This document shows positions 48,877 through 61,776 of a stretch of DNA of 64,000 nt, in pieces. This stretch comes from Hemiscyllium ocellatum (Eukaryota). The position numbers and the translations under genes are program-made. Within the stretch, counting starts at the first letter, position 1, and each line of letters starts with the position of its first letter. The notes under the pieces were generated by a model. That model saw only the letters and a program-made list of their open reading frames with translations. It was not told the DNA's origin and made no database searches. Location of the stretch: positions 35,145,857 through 35,209,856 of the forward strand of contig NC_083407.1 in NCBI RefSeq assembly GCF_020745735.1, given 5' to 3'.

Positions 48877-51800
48877 ACCACAACCACAAGCATCAACTTC
48901 CTCCACTACTGACAGCAGCATTGTGTACCTCCTGTAAGGTGTACTGCAGAAATCTGTCAAAGATCGTTTGATCGCACCTTCCAAACCTAAAACCACTTCC
49001 AACAAGAAGGGCAAGGGCAACAGATATATGGAAACACCACCAATTGCAAGTTCCTCTCCAAACCACTCATCACCCTGACTTGGGAATATATTGGTGTTCC
49101 TTCACTATCACTGAGTCAAAATCCTGGAATTCCCTCCCTCAGTGCATTGTTCGTCTCCCTACAGCACGCAGACTGCAAGAATCTGGCTTACCATCATGTT
49201 CTCATGGGCAACCAAGAATGGACAATAAATGCTGGCCAGCCATTGTCATCCTTGTACCATGAGTGAATAAAATAAAGGACACAGTTGACAAATAATAAAG
49301 GCAAGAAATCACTTTGAGAGTGGTGTATAGAATATCCGCAACAGTAGTCTGCAGTTGACTGACATTGATCTCTACCCCCAGGGCTGAATTAAAAGTAGAT
49401 GGGAAGGTAATCGGCTTTCTAGCTGTAGCCTTTGCACCGGTAAAGGCACCTCCACCTCTCTGCTCAATCCTAGCGGGTGTGAAAAAGGAAGGTGTGTTTA
49501 ATTCAATGCAGCATTTTCCAACTAGCCTGACATGCTGGGTCTTATTCCAGCAATTTCCATCCATATTTTAATAAAGAAGCAATTATTTACCTTAGGAGTA
49601 AGACATTTTATAATATGTCAGACAGGAATTATGGTTAGTTTAAAGTAATTACATTATTATTAATATAAATACATCTTCAAATTAATGCAACAAAATTAAA
49701 ATCATAAGCATTACCGTACGAACAGATTATTTTGTGCAACACAAGTTGGATACAATGTAGTTCTAATATTTGTGCAGCAAACTTCTACATCTGGAAAACA
49801 TAGAAGTTTGCAGGATTTATTCTGAGTGTATTATTGGCAAATACATAATAATTAAACATTGTGAATCACATAGAAAGACTATTTTGTTAAAATTCCAGCG
49901 CTTAATATTTTAGCTGCATTTAGAATAAAATGTCATGTCTATCTGAACAATATAATACAACATCTATCCTCATTAGGTACTTTGCACTTTGAATTGTTTA
50001 TTGTGATTATTTTCAAATTTTGGCATTAACCAGCCTAGCTGTTCATAAGAAGTCAAAATGCAGAATATCAGAACTACTGTCTTCTACCCTGATGTTTCAG
50101 TATTCTCTCCATGCTCAGCAACTTGATTTAACAGTCACAATGCAAACATAACATTCCCATAGTCACTGCAGAAATCTGCATTTCCCAGGAACCCACACAC
50201 AGCTGAAATTTCAGACTAGATATTACAAGCTCGACATGTTTTTGGGGATGGGGATAGAATATAGATTGAGTGCCGAACCCACCATCTTCTCACCCATTTG
50301 TGAGCTCACTCCCATTCTACAGAGGGTGGGAATTACAGAGGTGGGGGTGGTATTTAAGTCACCAGCCTACCCATCATGTGTATCAAAATAATTAAGTGTG
50401 AATTGAAAGTTCCATTGACACCAAAATTATACTGCCTGGATTCCAAAATGCTTAGAATGGGCAGATAGTTAGTACCGTGGATTTATATATAATTTTAAAA
50501 GTGCTTAAAATGGTAGAAAACAAGTGGTTAATGCCATTGCATGGTGCTCCATGATTATAAGTTCCTTGCAAGCTACATGCTCTTCATGCCACCACCCCTA
50601 TCTACACTCCCAATCATGCAAACAAATCTCAGCCTGAAACCCAAGACTTACTTCACTTTAGGGATTCTATTGGGCCTCTTGTCTGGGCTTGTCTGCAGTC
50701 CCAGCAATACCCACAGCAGATCTCACATAATCATGACGCTTGATGTTGCTGACACCTTCAGAAGCTGGACTTCCCTCTCTGTAACAGTCGGATGTCCCAC
50801 TGCACCTGCCCACAGTGCTTCACAACCAGAGGAAAGGCACCTTGCCTTCTGAGGGGTTGAGCCTTGCAGTTCTAAAACTTCCTTTTTCATTTTGCCGTGA
50901 TACCCTAGAGTGCAAATGGGTAGGAGTCTATTTCTGATCAATAAAATCCAGACATTCTTTACTTCTTTCAGCAGGATAGTGGTATTGAGGACAGACTGTT
51001 TGAAGTAAACATCGATGGGAAACATTTATTGGTCAGAACAGAAAGAAATGCTTTAGTGTGGAAATAAGAGGGTGAGGTGACAGATTCTATTGACTGGGGA
51101 TGAGGCGGCAAGCTCAGCCCATTTCCTGGGCTGGCAGTTTTTGTTTGTTCAATCAAGAAGCTTGGCTGCACTTCAGGGCTTAATAAATTCATATAATCCT
51201 CATATAAATCTAAGTTATCCTTTAACTGACTGTAAATAATTGCATGGTAAACTCAATATAAAGATAAATGCTACTGATAAATATTTCTTCCTTCTACTGT
51301 ACTTTATGAAAATATAGAAGCTTCCAGATATTTTACCTCTCTGTCCTTGCATGTTTGGAATACATTGTTGTGAGCATGAAGATTAATCTGGTAATTTTGT
51401 AAGGGTCTGCTCCAGTGTGGAATCTCAGTAAACTGACATGTGTATTGGAGATAGCACTAAAGGGCAGGTTTTGAATATTGTACACCTGCCTATCAAGACT
51501 CTGTGCTGCAACTGAAGCCTAAATAAATCCTCTCTACATCTACAAATAAAAGCTTTCCAGCTGTCATAATGACTTGTGCTACATAATAAGTGAAAGTAAT
51601 TGTTCAACTATTGCCCCAGAGAGAACCAGATTCAATTTGTGTTGGAGCCATTTGTTTGCTAGTTCTGAATAAGAAATCTGAATAAGGAACCATCCTCCAC
51701 TTTCAAAGTTGATGTTAGCAACTTGTGGTTTAAAACTTAAAAGTGCCAATTTCTGATCATTGCCAAGATCTTGGTGTCAATTACAGATCTGGGACTTGGG

Positions 51801-52719
51801 GTCAATGGTTAAAGATCAGTGATTTAAGTGCAGTAGTCACTGATCATTGAAATTTACCTTCATGATGAATTTGCTTATAATATATAGCGAAAGGCAAAAA
51901 TGTACCATGTGGACATTGCTTATATATATATATAAAAAAAAATCACAACCATTCCGAACTTCAAGAATATTGATGTCAAAAGTAAATACATTAGCAGTTA
52001 GAGAACGGTGCATGACATTCACCTCTGAAAAGGTCTTCCATAAATTTTAAATGAGCTCCAGAGTGTTCACTTTGTCTTTTCAATTTGCCCCCTTCTGCAG
52101 CAATTTACAGCATCTAGAAACAAGGCAGCATCTGGAAAGCCAATTAATGGATCATGTTAACAAATCTTCATAGGGATAAAAGCAGGAAACATAAATACCA
52201 TGATACAGAAAGCAAAAAAGAAGTAAGGGAAAAAAAGAACTTAAATACAAAAATCAGCAGACATATATTAAACAATAATGTTCAGAGAGAATGACACTGA
52301 ACACTTAAAGAAGATGTTTCGATGCCAGGGAGATTATCTAGTTTATTTATGATTTATTAGTTAACTTAAGTTCATGCCTCAACAATGTTATTTAGATTGA
52401 CTCTATTGGAAAATACTACAACTGCACCCTATGGAGGACCAAGGTATCTCTGACAACCGCATAATATAACTCAGATGTAATCAGCTATTTGATATTGCTA
52501 GGAGTAAGTTTTATAAGTGTCTTCTGGTGGTGGGAGGTGAGGGGAAGAGTTTCCATCTGGCCCCTTGACATGGAACTTTAACTCGACAGGATGCAATATC
52601 TTTTCTATTAAACATGCTGTCTGGAAACCTTCCTGATTTATAGTCATGGCACCATTTTATGCAGACAGCATTCTGGGGAGAGTAACAAATAGGTGCCTTT
52701 TGCTGAATTAGTGGGAGAT

Positions 52720-53014
52720 CAGATTAGATTCCCCTACAGTGTGGAAACAGGCCCTTCAGCCCACCCAGTCCACACTGACCCTCCGAAGAGTAACCCACCT
52801 AGACCCATTTCCCTCTGACTAGTGCATCTAGCACTATGGGCAATTTAGCATGGCCAATTCACGTGACGTGCATATCTTTGGAATGTGGGAGGAAACCAGA
52901 GCACCCAAGGAGAATTTGCAAACTCCACACAGACAGTCGGTCAAGGCTGTGAACCGAACGTGGGATCCTGGTGCTGTGAGGCAGCAGTGCTAACCACTGA
53001 GCCACCGTGCCACC
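52720..53014 (-). mobile_element. HE1-type V-SINE
   Basis: Reverse-complement head GGGTGGCACGGTGGCTCAGTGGTTAGC and (AATCT)n tail. Confidence 0.88.
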
Positions 53015-53343
53015 CATGCTGATTAGGGAAGGAAGTCTAACCTTAGACCACAGGGTGGGTGGTGATGGGGTAGCATCTCTACAAGGACCATTTGGGGTGG
53101 GGTCCAGCTATTTGGGAACTGATTGGAAAGATTGCTACTCCGCCCTGTCCACACACAATGCTGTAGGGAAAATACCTTGGTTTTTAAATGGAAGATGTCC
53201 TCACAGTCTGGATGCTGCTCAGGAAAATCTGATTCATGAAGAATGTAAAGGAAGCTACATTATACTCAAATTAGCGGAAGTGTTGTCATAGAGAAAGGAG
53301 ATAAAAGGTATTCTGCATTCATTCTTCAGGGTAATGTCATTTT

Positions 53344-53607
53344 CTCCTCCCTCCCCTTCCTAGACCTTTCCATTTCCTCCTCCCTCCCCTTCCTAGACCT
53401 TTCCATTTCCTCCTCCCTCCCCTTCCTAGACCTTTCCATTTCCTCCTCCCTCCCCTTCCTAGACCTTTCCATTTCCTCCTCCCTCCCCTTCCTAGACCTT
53501 TCCATTTCCTCCTCCCTCCCCTTCCGAGACCTTTCCATTTCCTCCTCCCTCCCCTTCCTAGACCTTTCCATTTCCTCCTCCCTCCCCTTCCTAGACCTTT
53601 CCATTTC
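53344..53607 (+). repeat. 8 x 33-nt tandem repeat at the 5' end of the Penelope insertion
   Basis: Unit CTCCTCCCTCCCCTTCCTAGACCTTTCCATTTC, one T>G variant near 53526; encodes (ISSSLPFLDLS)n in the RT frame. Confidence 0.95.
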
Positions 53608-54732
53608 TATCTCGGGCGACCGACTCAACACAGACGTCTATTATAAACCGACTGACTCCCACAGCTACCTGGACTACACCTCCTCCCACCCTGCCCCCTG
53701 TAAAAACGCCATCCCATATTCCCAATTCCTTCGTCTCCGCCGCATCTGCTCCCAGGAGGACCAATTCCAACACCGCACAGCCCAGATGGCCTCCTTCTTC
53801 AAGGACCGCAGATTCCCCCCAGACGTGATCGACGATGCCCTCCACCGCATCTCCTCCACTTCCCGCTCCTCCGCCCTTGAGCCCCGCTCCTCCAACCGCC
53901 ACCAAGACAGAACCCCACTGGTTCTCACCTACCACCCCACCAACCTGCGCATACAACGTATTATCCGCCGCCATTTCCGCCACCTCCAAACGGACCCCAC
54001 CACCAAGGATATATTTCCCTCCCCTCCCCTATCAGCGTTCCGCAAGGACCACTCCCTTCGTGACTCCCTTGTCAGATCCACACCCCCCACCAACCCAACC
54101 TCCACCCCCGGCACCTTCCCCTGCAACCGCAGGAAATGTAAAACTTGCGCCCACACCTCCACACTCACTTCCCTCCAAGGCCCCAAGGGATCCTTCCATA
54201 TCCGCCACAAGTTCACCTGTACCTCCACACACATCATCTATTGCATCCGCTGCACCCGATGTGGCCTCCTCTATATTGGTGAGACAGGCCGCTTACTTGC
54301 GGAACGCTTCAGAGAACACCTCTGGGCCGCCCGAACCAACCAACCCAATCACCCCGTGGCTCAACACTTTAACTCCCCCTCCCACTCCACCGAGGACATG
54401 CAGGTCCTTGGACTCCTCCACCGGCAGAACACAACTACACGACGGCTGGAGGAGGAGCGCCTCATCTTCCGCCTGGGAACCCTCCAACCACAAGGTATGA
54501 ATTCAGATTTCTCCAGCTTCCTCATTTCCCCTCCCCCCACCTTGTCTCAGTCGGTTCCCTCAACTCAGCACCGCCCTCCTAACCTGCAATCCTCTTCCTG
54601 ACCTCTCCGCCCCCACCCCACTCCGGCCTATCACCCTCACCTTGACCTCCTTCCACCTATCCCACCTCCATCGCCCCTCCCCCTAGTCCCTCCTCCCTAC
54701 CTTTTATCTCAGCCTGCTTGGCTCTCTCTCTT

Positions 54733-54768
54733 ATTCCTGATGAAGGGCTTATGCTCGAAACGTCGAAT
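54733..54768 (+). ncRNA. Minimal type-I hammerhead ribozyme (family A), intact, sense to LRP1B
   Basis: ATTC-CTGATGA-A-GGGC-ttat-GCTC-GAAAC-GTC-GAAT; predicted cut after C54764. Confidence 0.85.
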
Positions 54769-55758
54769 TCTCTATTCCTGAGATGCTGCCTAACCTGCTG
54801 TGCTTTGACCAGCAACACATTTGCAGCTGTGATCTCCAGCATCTGCAGACCTCATTTTTTACACAGGGTAATGTCATGGCCAATCAGAATCAATCTGCCT
54901 GGTTTAAAATTTTTTAAAAAAGGAAAGCTTGGTAAGTTATTTCTCAAACAACATCTCTACTGCTCAGAGTTCACATATCAATTCATCAGCATTCTCCTCT
55001 CATACAGCATTAATGTTGTTTACTTCTTACATTGACATTTCTTGCTCTTTCTCCAGATGAATACAAGACAAAAAGCTTACACAAAATATGTCGGTTTTCA
55101 GCAATACCCAAGTTCTGCACTACCAATCAACTACTTTTATGAAGAAAAAAATAATGCATTAATATAATTAGGACAAACATCCATGCAACCTTCACTCAGT
55201 CTTATGTCTCCCAGCCTGTTGGTAGCCTATCCTTACCACTTCACCACCCTCCCCAAATATAGAGTTATCTGAATTCTTTTCCTCTGGAATTATTGATGGG
55301 CCATTCTTTTTGCTCCTATGATTCATTCTTATGATCTAAATAAAACCTAAACTACATCTTCTCAATGCAGCCTTTGGGGAGGCATTGTCAAGCTTGTGCC
55401 CAATTTAGGTCAAAGTTCAAAATTCCAGATCCTGACCCCTGTTGAAAATGTTTCTGTATATTTGTGTTAATATTTTTACAAATGAGACAAAATGGAACTT
55501 GACTGTGCTTTCAGTATAGGTTGCTCACATGTTTATACATGGTCTCATACATGAAGAACAGCATTGAAGTTCAGCAAAGGAATCATGTTAATGCATACCT
55601 TGCAGGCAGACAAAAGAAAATTGATGTGAACTTGAGGAAGTATGCGCCAAAATAAAGGTTCATTGAAAAGATAAAACATTCTTGTTAGACTTTGACTTGT
55701 GAACATCCTGTGAAATTCGTGACCTTCTGAAATTTCAATTATCTAATTTTATTTACAG

Positions 55759-55893
55759 GGAATGATACAATCTATTGGACAGATATGGGAAGGAGTACAA
55801 TTAGCAGAGCTAAACGAGATCAGACCTGGAGGGATGATATTATCACAAATGGCCTTGGACGGGTTGAAGGCATAGCGGTTGATTGGATAGCTG
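55759..55893 (+). CDS. LRP1B: LRP1B-like internal coding exon (135 nt), YWTD repeat; not in the ORF track
   Basis: Acceptor atttacag|G and donor GCTG|gtatga; phase 1/1. Translates (G)[44 protein letters not shown](G). IYWTDMG and [12 protein letters not shown] favour LRP1B over LRP1. Confidence 0.93.
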
Positions 55894-55984
55894 GTATGAG
55901 ATTTTTCTATCCATTTTTTCAATTACCTCCTAATGTTGTAGCTTGATGGAACATTAACATTTATCTCTTCTACATCTTTCACAG

Positions 55985-56114
55985 GTAATATATATTGGTC
56001 AGATTATGGCTTCAATATAATAGAAGTTGCAAGATTTAATGGTTCTTTTCGCTATGTGGTCATCTCCCAAGGGCTTGATCAGCCACGTGCAATAGCTGTC
56101 CATCCAGAAGAAGG
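55985..56114 (+). CDS. LRP1B: LRP1B-like internal coding exon (130 nt), YWTD repeat; not in the ORF track
   Basis: Acceptor ctttcacag|G and donor GAAGG|gtaaac; phase 1/2. Translates (G)[42 protein letters not shown](G). Confidence 0.93.
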
Positions 56115-56819
56115 GTAAACCAGCTCTCTTTTCATACGAGAAAATTATCCTGATGGCCATATTCAGTGCTATTCTTCATTTCAATCAACTGATCTATTTT
56201 TACATCCTTGCCTGCTCACTTCAACTGAGCAATGTCAGCCTCAATTTCTCATTCAGTCACTCCTAAGTTCATGGCTGAAAGCTTCTGAGTAGTCAGCTCC
56301 AGTTATATGATTTTGTGGATTGATCCACTTGGCAAAGAGCTGCAGAAGCTGTTTTTACAAAGGCATGAAGAATATGAAAAGATATGATAAAAATTAAATT
56401 GACACAGAATACTTTGATAGTTTGTGAGTGCCATTTTGCATTTTAAAAAAAAAGTATTTTATCATCTCGGAATTAATTCTGCACAATCCAACTTCCATTT
56501 TCATTGCAAGCCCTTAACGATAAATATAAATAATTCCTAAAGAAAAAGAATTGCGAATTCTTGATAATAAAATTTTAGAAGCGACAATAAATAAAGTTCA
56601 TGTCCTGTCTTATTGTTTACCACTCTTCTTTCCCCTCCCTCTCTTCTCTCTGAGCTAAATTTTCATTCCAGGGCACCTGATGCGGGAACCAGTTTGTTTT
56701 TTTCTTCAGTTGTCATAAGAAGTGGACACTGATGGTTGCATCACCACTTATTGCCCATCCTGAATTGTATAGAGGGCAGTCAAGAGTGAAACACATTGCT
56801 GAGGTCTCAGGTCAAATTT

Positions 56820-59807
56820 AGAACATAGAACATAGAAAAGTACAGCACAGAACAGGCCCTTTGGCCCACGATGTTGTGCTGAGGTTCAATCCTAACATAA
56901 AAAATAATAACTTAACATACACATCCCTCAACTCACTATTCTCCGTGTGCCTGTCCAGCAGTCACTTAAATGTCCCTAATGACTCTGCTTCCACCACCGC
57001 TGGCAATGCATTCCATGCACTCACAACTCTCTGCATAAAGAACTTACCTCTGACATCTCCTCTATTTCCTAATATAACCTAACATCTTAAAGCTATGACC
57101 CCTTGTACACGTCAAACCTGCCCTGGGGAAAAGTCTCTGGCCATTGACTCTATCTATTCCTCTCATTATCTTGTATGCCTCGATCTGGTCTCCTCTCTTC
57201 CTCCTTCTCTCCAGAGAGAAAAGTCTGGGCTTTTTCAACCTTTCTTCATAAGGCAAGCTTTCCAGTCCAGGCAACATCCTGGTAAACCTTCTTTGCACCC
57301 TCTCCAAAGCCTCTGTATCTTTCCTATAGTAGGACAACCAGAACTGGACACAACATTCCAAGTATGGTCTCACCAGGGAATCATAGAGCTGCAGCAAAAA
57401 CTTGTGGCTCTTAAACTCGATCCCCCTGTTAGTGAAAGCCAAAATACCATATGCTTTCTTAAAAACCCTATCCACTTGGATGGCAAGTTTGAGGGATCTA
57501 TGTCCTTGCACATCCAGATCCCTCTGTTCCTCCACACAATCAAGAATCCTGTCTTTAATTCTATATTCAGCATTTAAGTTTAACCTTCCAAAATGCATCA
57601 CTTCATATTTATCCAGATTGAATTCCATCTGCCATTTCTCAGCCCAGCTCTGCATCCTGTCCATGTCACGCCTCAGCCTGCAGCAGCCCTCTATACTATC
57701 GATGACACCTCCAACCTTTGTGTCATCTGCAAATTTACTAACCCACCCCTCAACCTCCTTGTCCAAGTCATTTATAAATACTACAAAGAGCAGAGGCCCA
57801 AGAACAGAACCCTGCAGGACCCCACTCATCACTGACCTCCAGGCAGAATACTTTCCATCTTCAACCACTCTCTGCCTCTGCCAGCCAACTAATTCAGAAT
57901 CCAGATAGCCAACGCTCCATTTATCCCATACTTCCTGACTTTATGAATGAGCCTACCCGGGGGAATGTTACCAAATGCCTCGCTGAAGTCCATATATAAC
58001 ACATCCTCAGCTCAACCTTCATCAACCTGTCTTGTCACATCCTCAAAGAACTCAATAAGATTGGTGAGGCATGACCTGCCCCTCACAAAGCCATGCTGAT
58101 TGACTTTAATCACGGTATGCTTTGCCAAATAGTCATAGGTCCTATCCCTCAGAATTCTTTCCAAAACTTTGCTGACCACACATGTAAGACTAACTGGTCT
58201 GTAATTGCCAGGGATTTCCCTATTACCATTCTTGAAAAGAGGAACAACATTCGCCTCCTCCAATCCTCTGGTATGACTCCCGGAGAGAGTGAGGAGGCAA
58301 AGGTCTTCGCCAGCAGCTTAGCAACCTCATTGATCACTTCATGGAGCAGCCTAGGATAAATCTGGTCTGGCCCTGGGCACTTATCAATCTTAATGTTTTC
58401 CAAAATTTCCAGCACATCAACTTCATCAATCTTGATCTGGTCAAGGCTGTATCCCAGCTCCTCAAAGTTCTCATTCACAACAAGGTCCCTTTCCTTAGAG
58501 AAAACAGAAGCAAAATACTCATTCAGAGCTTGCCCTATCTGCTCAGACTCCACGCATAAGTTCCCTATGCTATCCTTGATCGGTCCTACCTTCTCCCTGT
58601 TCATACTCTTATTCCTCACGTATGAGTAAAATGCCTTTGGGTTCTCCCTCATCCTATTTGCCACGCCTTTTTCGTGTCCCGTCCTGGCTCTCCTCAGTCC
58701 ATTTCTGAGCTCCTTTCTAGCAAGCCTGAAATCCTCTAAAGCTGTGCTAGATCCTTGCTTCCTCCACCTTACATAAGCTGCCTTCTTCCTTTTGACGAGA
58801 AGCTCCTCTGTTCTCATCATCCAATGTTCCTTAATCTTATCCCTTCTGAACCTGTCTCAGAAGAATAAATGTGTGCATCACTCGCAATAACTGCTCCTTA
58901 AATAGTCTCCATATGTCTGCTGTGTCCTTTCTGTGGAACAATTGCTCCCAGTCTGTGCTTCCCAACTCCTGTCTGATAACGTCATAATTTCTTTTTACCC
59001 AATTAAATATGTTCCCTCAGTAACTGTTCCTTTCCCTCTCTGAGGCTATGTTAAATATTAGGCAGTTATGATCACTATCACCAAAGTGCTCTCCCAACGC
59101 GAGATCTGACACCTGTCCTGGCTCATTGCAGAGCACCAAATCCAAAATGGCCTTTCCCCTCATTGGTCTGTCTACATCCTGAGTAAGGAAACTCTCCTGA
59201 ACATGCCTGACAAAAACGGCTCCATCCAAACTATCTGCACTTTGGAGATTCCAGTCGATATTGGGAAAGTTGAAATCACCCATAACTACAACCCTACTAC
59301 TTTTGCATTTTTCCAGAATCTGCCCGCCTATGTGTTCTTCAATCTCTCTACTGCTATTAGGTGGTCTGTAGTAAACCCTCAATGAGGTGGCTGCTCCCTT
59401 TCTGTTCCTGACTTCCACCCATACTGACTCAGCGGACAGACCTTCCTCAACAGCTTTCATTTCTGTAACTGTGATGTACTTTCTGATTAGCAATGCTACA
59501 CCCCCTCCTTATTTTCCACCCTCCCTGTTCTTTTTAAATGTTCTAAACCCTGGAACATCAAGCAACCATTCCTGCCCCTGTGAAATCCACATTTCCATTC
59601 TGGCCACAACATCGTATCCCCAAGTACTGATCAATGCTCCACTCTTACTTCTGACACTCCTTGCATTGAAGCAGACACTCTTTAACCAATTCCTCTGTTT
59701 CATCACATGAGAAACCTTCCCGACAGATTCACTGCATCCTGTCACTGCCCCAGCTGCAAATGTCCACCTCTCAGATATGTGGCTCTGATTCCCACCCCCC
59801 GCCAATC
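56820..59807 (-). mobile_element. CR1/HER1 LINE with near-complete but disrupted ORF2 (APE endonuclease + RT), inserted in a Deu-SINE
   Basis: Minus ORFs give CFNARS, YYRPP, VVMGDFNFP, GDSDH, GNYRPVSLT, KFADDTK and LERVQRRF; (TTCTATG)n tail at 56820. SINE halves lie at about 56715-56820 and 59808-59995. Confidence 0.93.
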
Positions 59808-60129
59808 TGTAGGTCAGACAAAGTAAGAAGGCAGGTTTCTTTCTCTACAGGACATTAATGAACTAAATAGGTCTTCACAAAAATTGACAGTGTTGCCGTG
59901 AGACTAGCAGGTTTTTTCCGGACTTTTTAAAATTGAATTTAAATCTCACCACCTGACATGGTGGGATTCAAATCCATGTCCTCAGAATACATGCCACTCT
60001 GACTTCTGCTTTAACCTTATCTATTGTGAAAATGGGGATACTTGAGTTGTTATTTTTGTTTAATTGTTTGTCACCATTCATGCCTGAATGTGACAGGATT
60101 GCAGAACTAGATCTTACCCGGTGGTTGTG

Positions 60130-61776
60130 AAATCACTTAGTTCTATCTATCTATCACTTGCTGCCTGTGCACTTTGGTATGTTATTGGTTGATGCCATGT
60201 TTTATAGTTATGCCTGGTGCTACCCCAGCATGCCGTTCTGCACTCCTCAATGAACGTGGTTGATCCCTGGCTTGATGGTAATGGTACAATGAAGGATATG
60301 ATTGGTCTTGAAGTTACAGCTTGTATTGTTATATGATTCTGCTGCTGATGACCCTTAGTTCTCATGGATGCCCAGTGTTGATTTGCAAGATTTGTTTGAA
60401 GTCTATCCAATTTAGCATGGTCATAGTGGTACACAAAACAATAGAGGGTGTCCTGAAAATGGAGATGAGACTTCATCCTCATAAGGAATGCATGGTGGTT
60501 ATACTTCCTGAATTATCTTTGGCAGACAGAGTGGTGAGGATGAGGTCAACTATGCTTTTCCCACTTATTGGTTCCTTCAGTACAATCTATAGGCTCAATC
60601 CAGCAGTTATGTCCGTTAGCATCCCACCAGCTTGATCATTAAAGGTGCTGCTGAGCCACTTTTGATGATGGACATTGAAGATCACCACCCAGAGTGCATT
60701 CTGCACCTTTGTTACTCTCAGTGCTTTATTCAAGTGGTGTTCCACATACAGGATTACTTATTTATCAACTGAGGTGGTATGTGTGGGGATTGGAGTCAGC
60801 ATTTCCTCTAATTTTCTTTCAGGCTACATGGACCCCAGAGTTTGGTGCACTGCAGCTACTTCTGGAACTGGAAGTCAATGCCAAAATTGGTGTGCTGACT
60901 CTAATCACTGAGAGCAGACCCTTGGCTGTGAATGCATGAAGTTTGGAGTGAATGTTGGAGATATTTCTTAATCACCTGCCAGAGTTTTTCTTGGTCATGA
61001 CTGGCAGCCTATCATGAGACATCATGGGGTCTAGAGTCAATGGTAGGGTCTCCCAAGGCAACTTCCTCATGACTTTCTACCATTGTGTCATCACGTCTAC
61101 AGGGGTCTTTTTGGATATGCTCAGGGATGGTGATGTTGCTACCTTGGTCTCAACAGAATCAGGTTACAGACAAATTTGCCATTTGTTTTAAAAAAAGGTA
61201 ACTCCTCCACCAGTGCAGCTAGTAATAAAAGCATTCCCAAACAGATGCCATTAAACCAAATAGTCTTGGTGTGGTGAGATATAGTTTTGTCTGTGGTAAG
61301 CAAAGATACTGTGAAGTTGGCTATGTCACACTGTTGCTTGACTAGTCCATGATACAGCTTTCCCAATTCTGTGACTAGCCCGCTGGTGACCATGCAGGTT
61401 CAACAGGCCTGTATTTAACATTGTCGTATCCAGTGTCTTAGTCAATGACAGATGGTCTATCTGGTTTTATTCCTTTTTTTGAGGCTTTTTAGCAACTGAA
61501 TAGTTTGCTGAACCAATTCAGAGAGCACTGAGTGTTGTAGATCTGGAATCATGTGCAGGTCAGACCAGGTGAGGCCAGTGAGTTTTCTTCCCTACAGTGC
61601 ATTAGAGAACCAGATGGAATTTTAACATAACTGATTCATGGTCATCATAAGACTATTAATTTCAGATTTTTATTGGATTCACATTTCACTATATGTCATG
61701 GTAGGATTCAAATCCTAGTCCCAGAACATTAGGTCTCGGATTACTAGCCCAGTGACATTACCACAGTGCTATTGCA
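60130..61776 (-). mobile_element. Degenerate LINE 5' region (APE endonuclease) headed by a tRNA/Deu SINE-like sequence
   Basis: Minus ORFs GLVTELGKLYHGLVKQQCDIA (endonuclease N-terminus) and YHYDHAKLDRLQTNLANQHW. 61500-61776 matches the SINE at 62585-62870. Confidence 0.65.

Larger units (their letters stand above)
47430..49270 (+). mobile_element. LINE 3' region carrying nested SINE and Penelope insertions
   Basis: EAVHVQMQQDLDNI... resumes at 48181 (AAGTGGCAAGTAAC); 3' tail at 49205-49270. Confidence 0.75.
53341..54863 (+). mobile_element. Young 5'-truncated Penelope-like element family A (RT thumb + GIY-YIG + pLTR)
   Basis: Stop-free frame from 53339 to 54601: LPFLDL..VYYKPTDSHSYLDYTSSHP...CNRRKCKTC...IIYCIRCTRCGLLYIGETGR..ERFREH. 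Perfect 14-bp TSD CAGGGTAATGTCAT at 53327-53340 and 54864-54877. CpG-rich. Confidence 0.95.

Noticed and set aside
53311-53340. Acceptor-like TTCTGCATTCATTCTTCAG|G that could splice LRP1B onto the Penelope GIY-YIG ORF
   Set aside because: The upstream LRP1B exon ends in phase 1, which gives an immediate TAA. The Penelope frame would need phase 0, and there is no evidence the site is used.
53326-53631. Minus-strand ORF with (EMERSRKGREE)x8 as a novel repeat protein, or the 33-nt array as a CRISPR
   Set aside because: It is the antisense reading of the reiterated Penelope RT segment. The repeats are contiguous with no spacers, there are no cas genes, and the context is a vertebrate intron.
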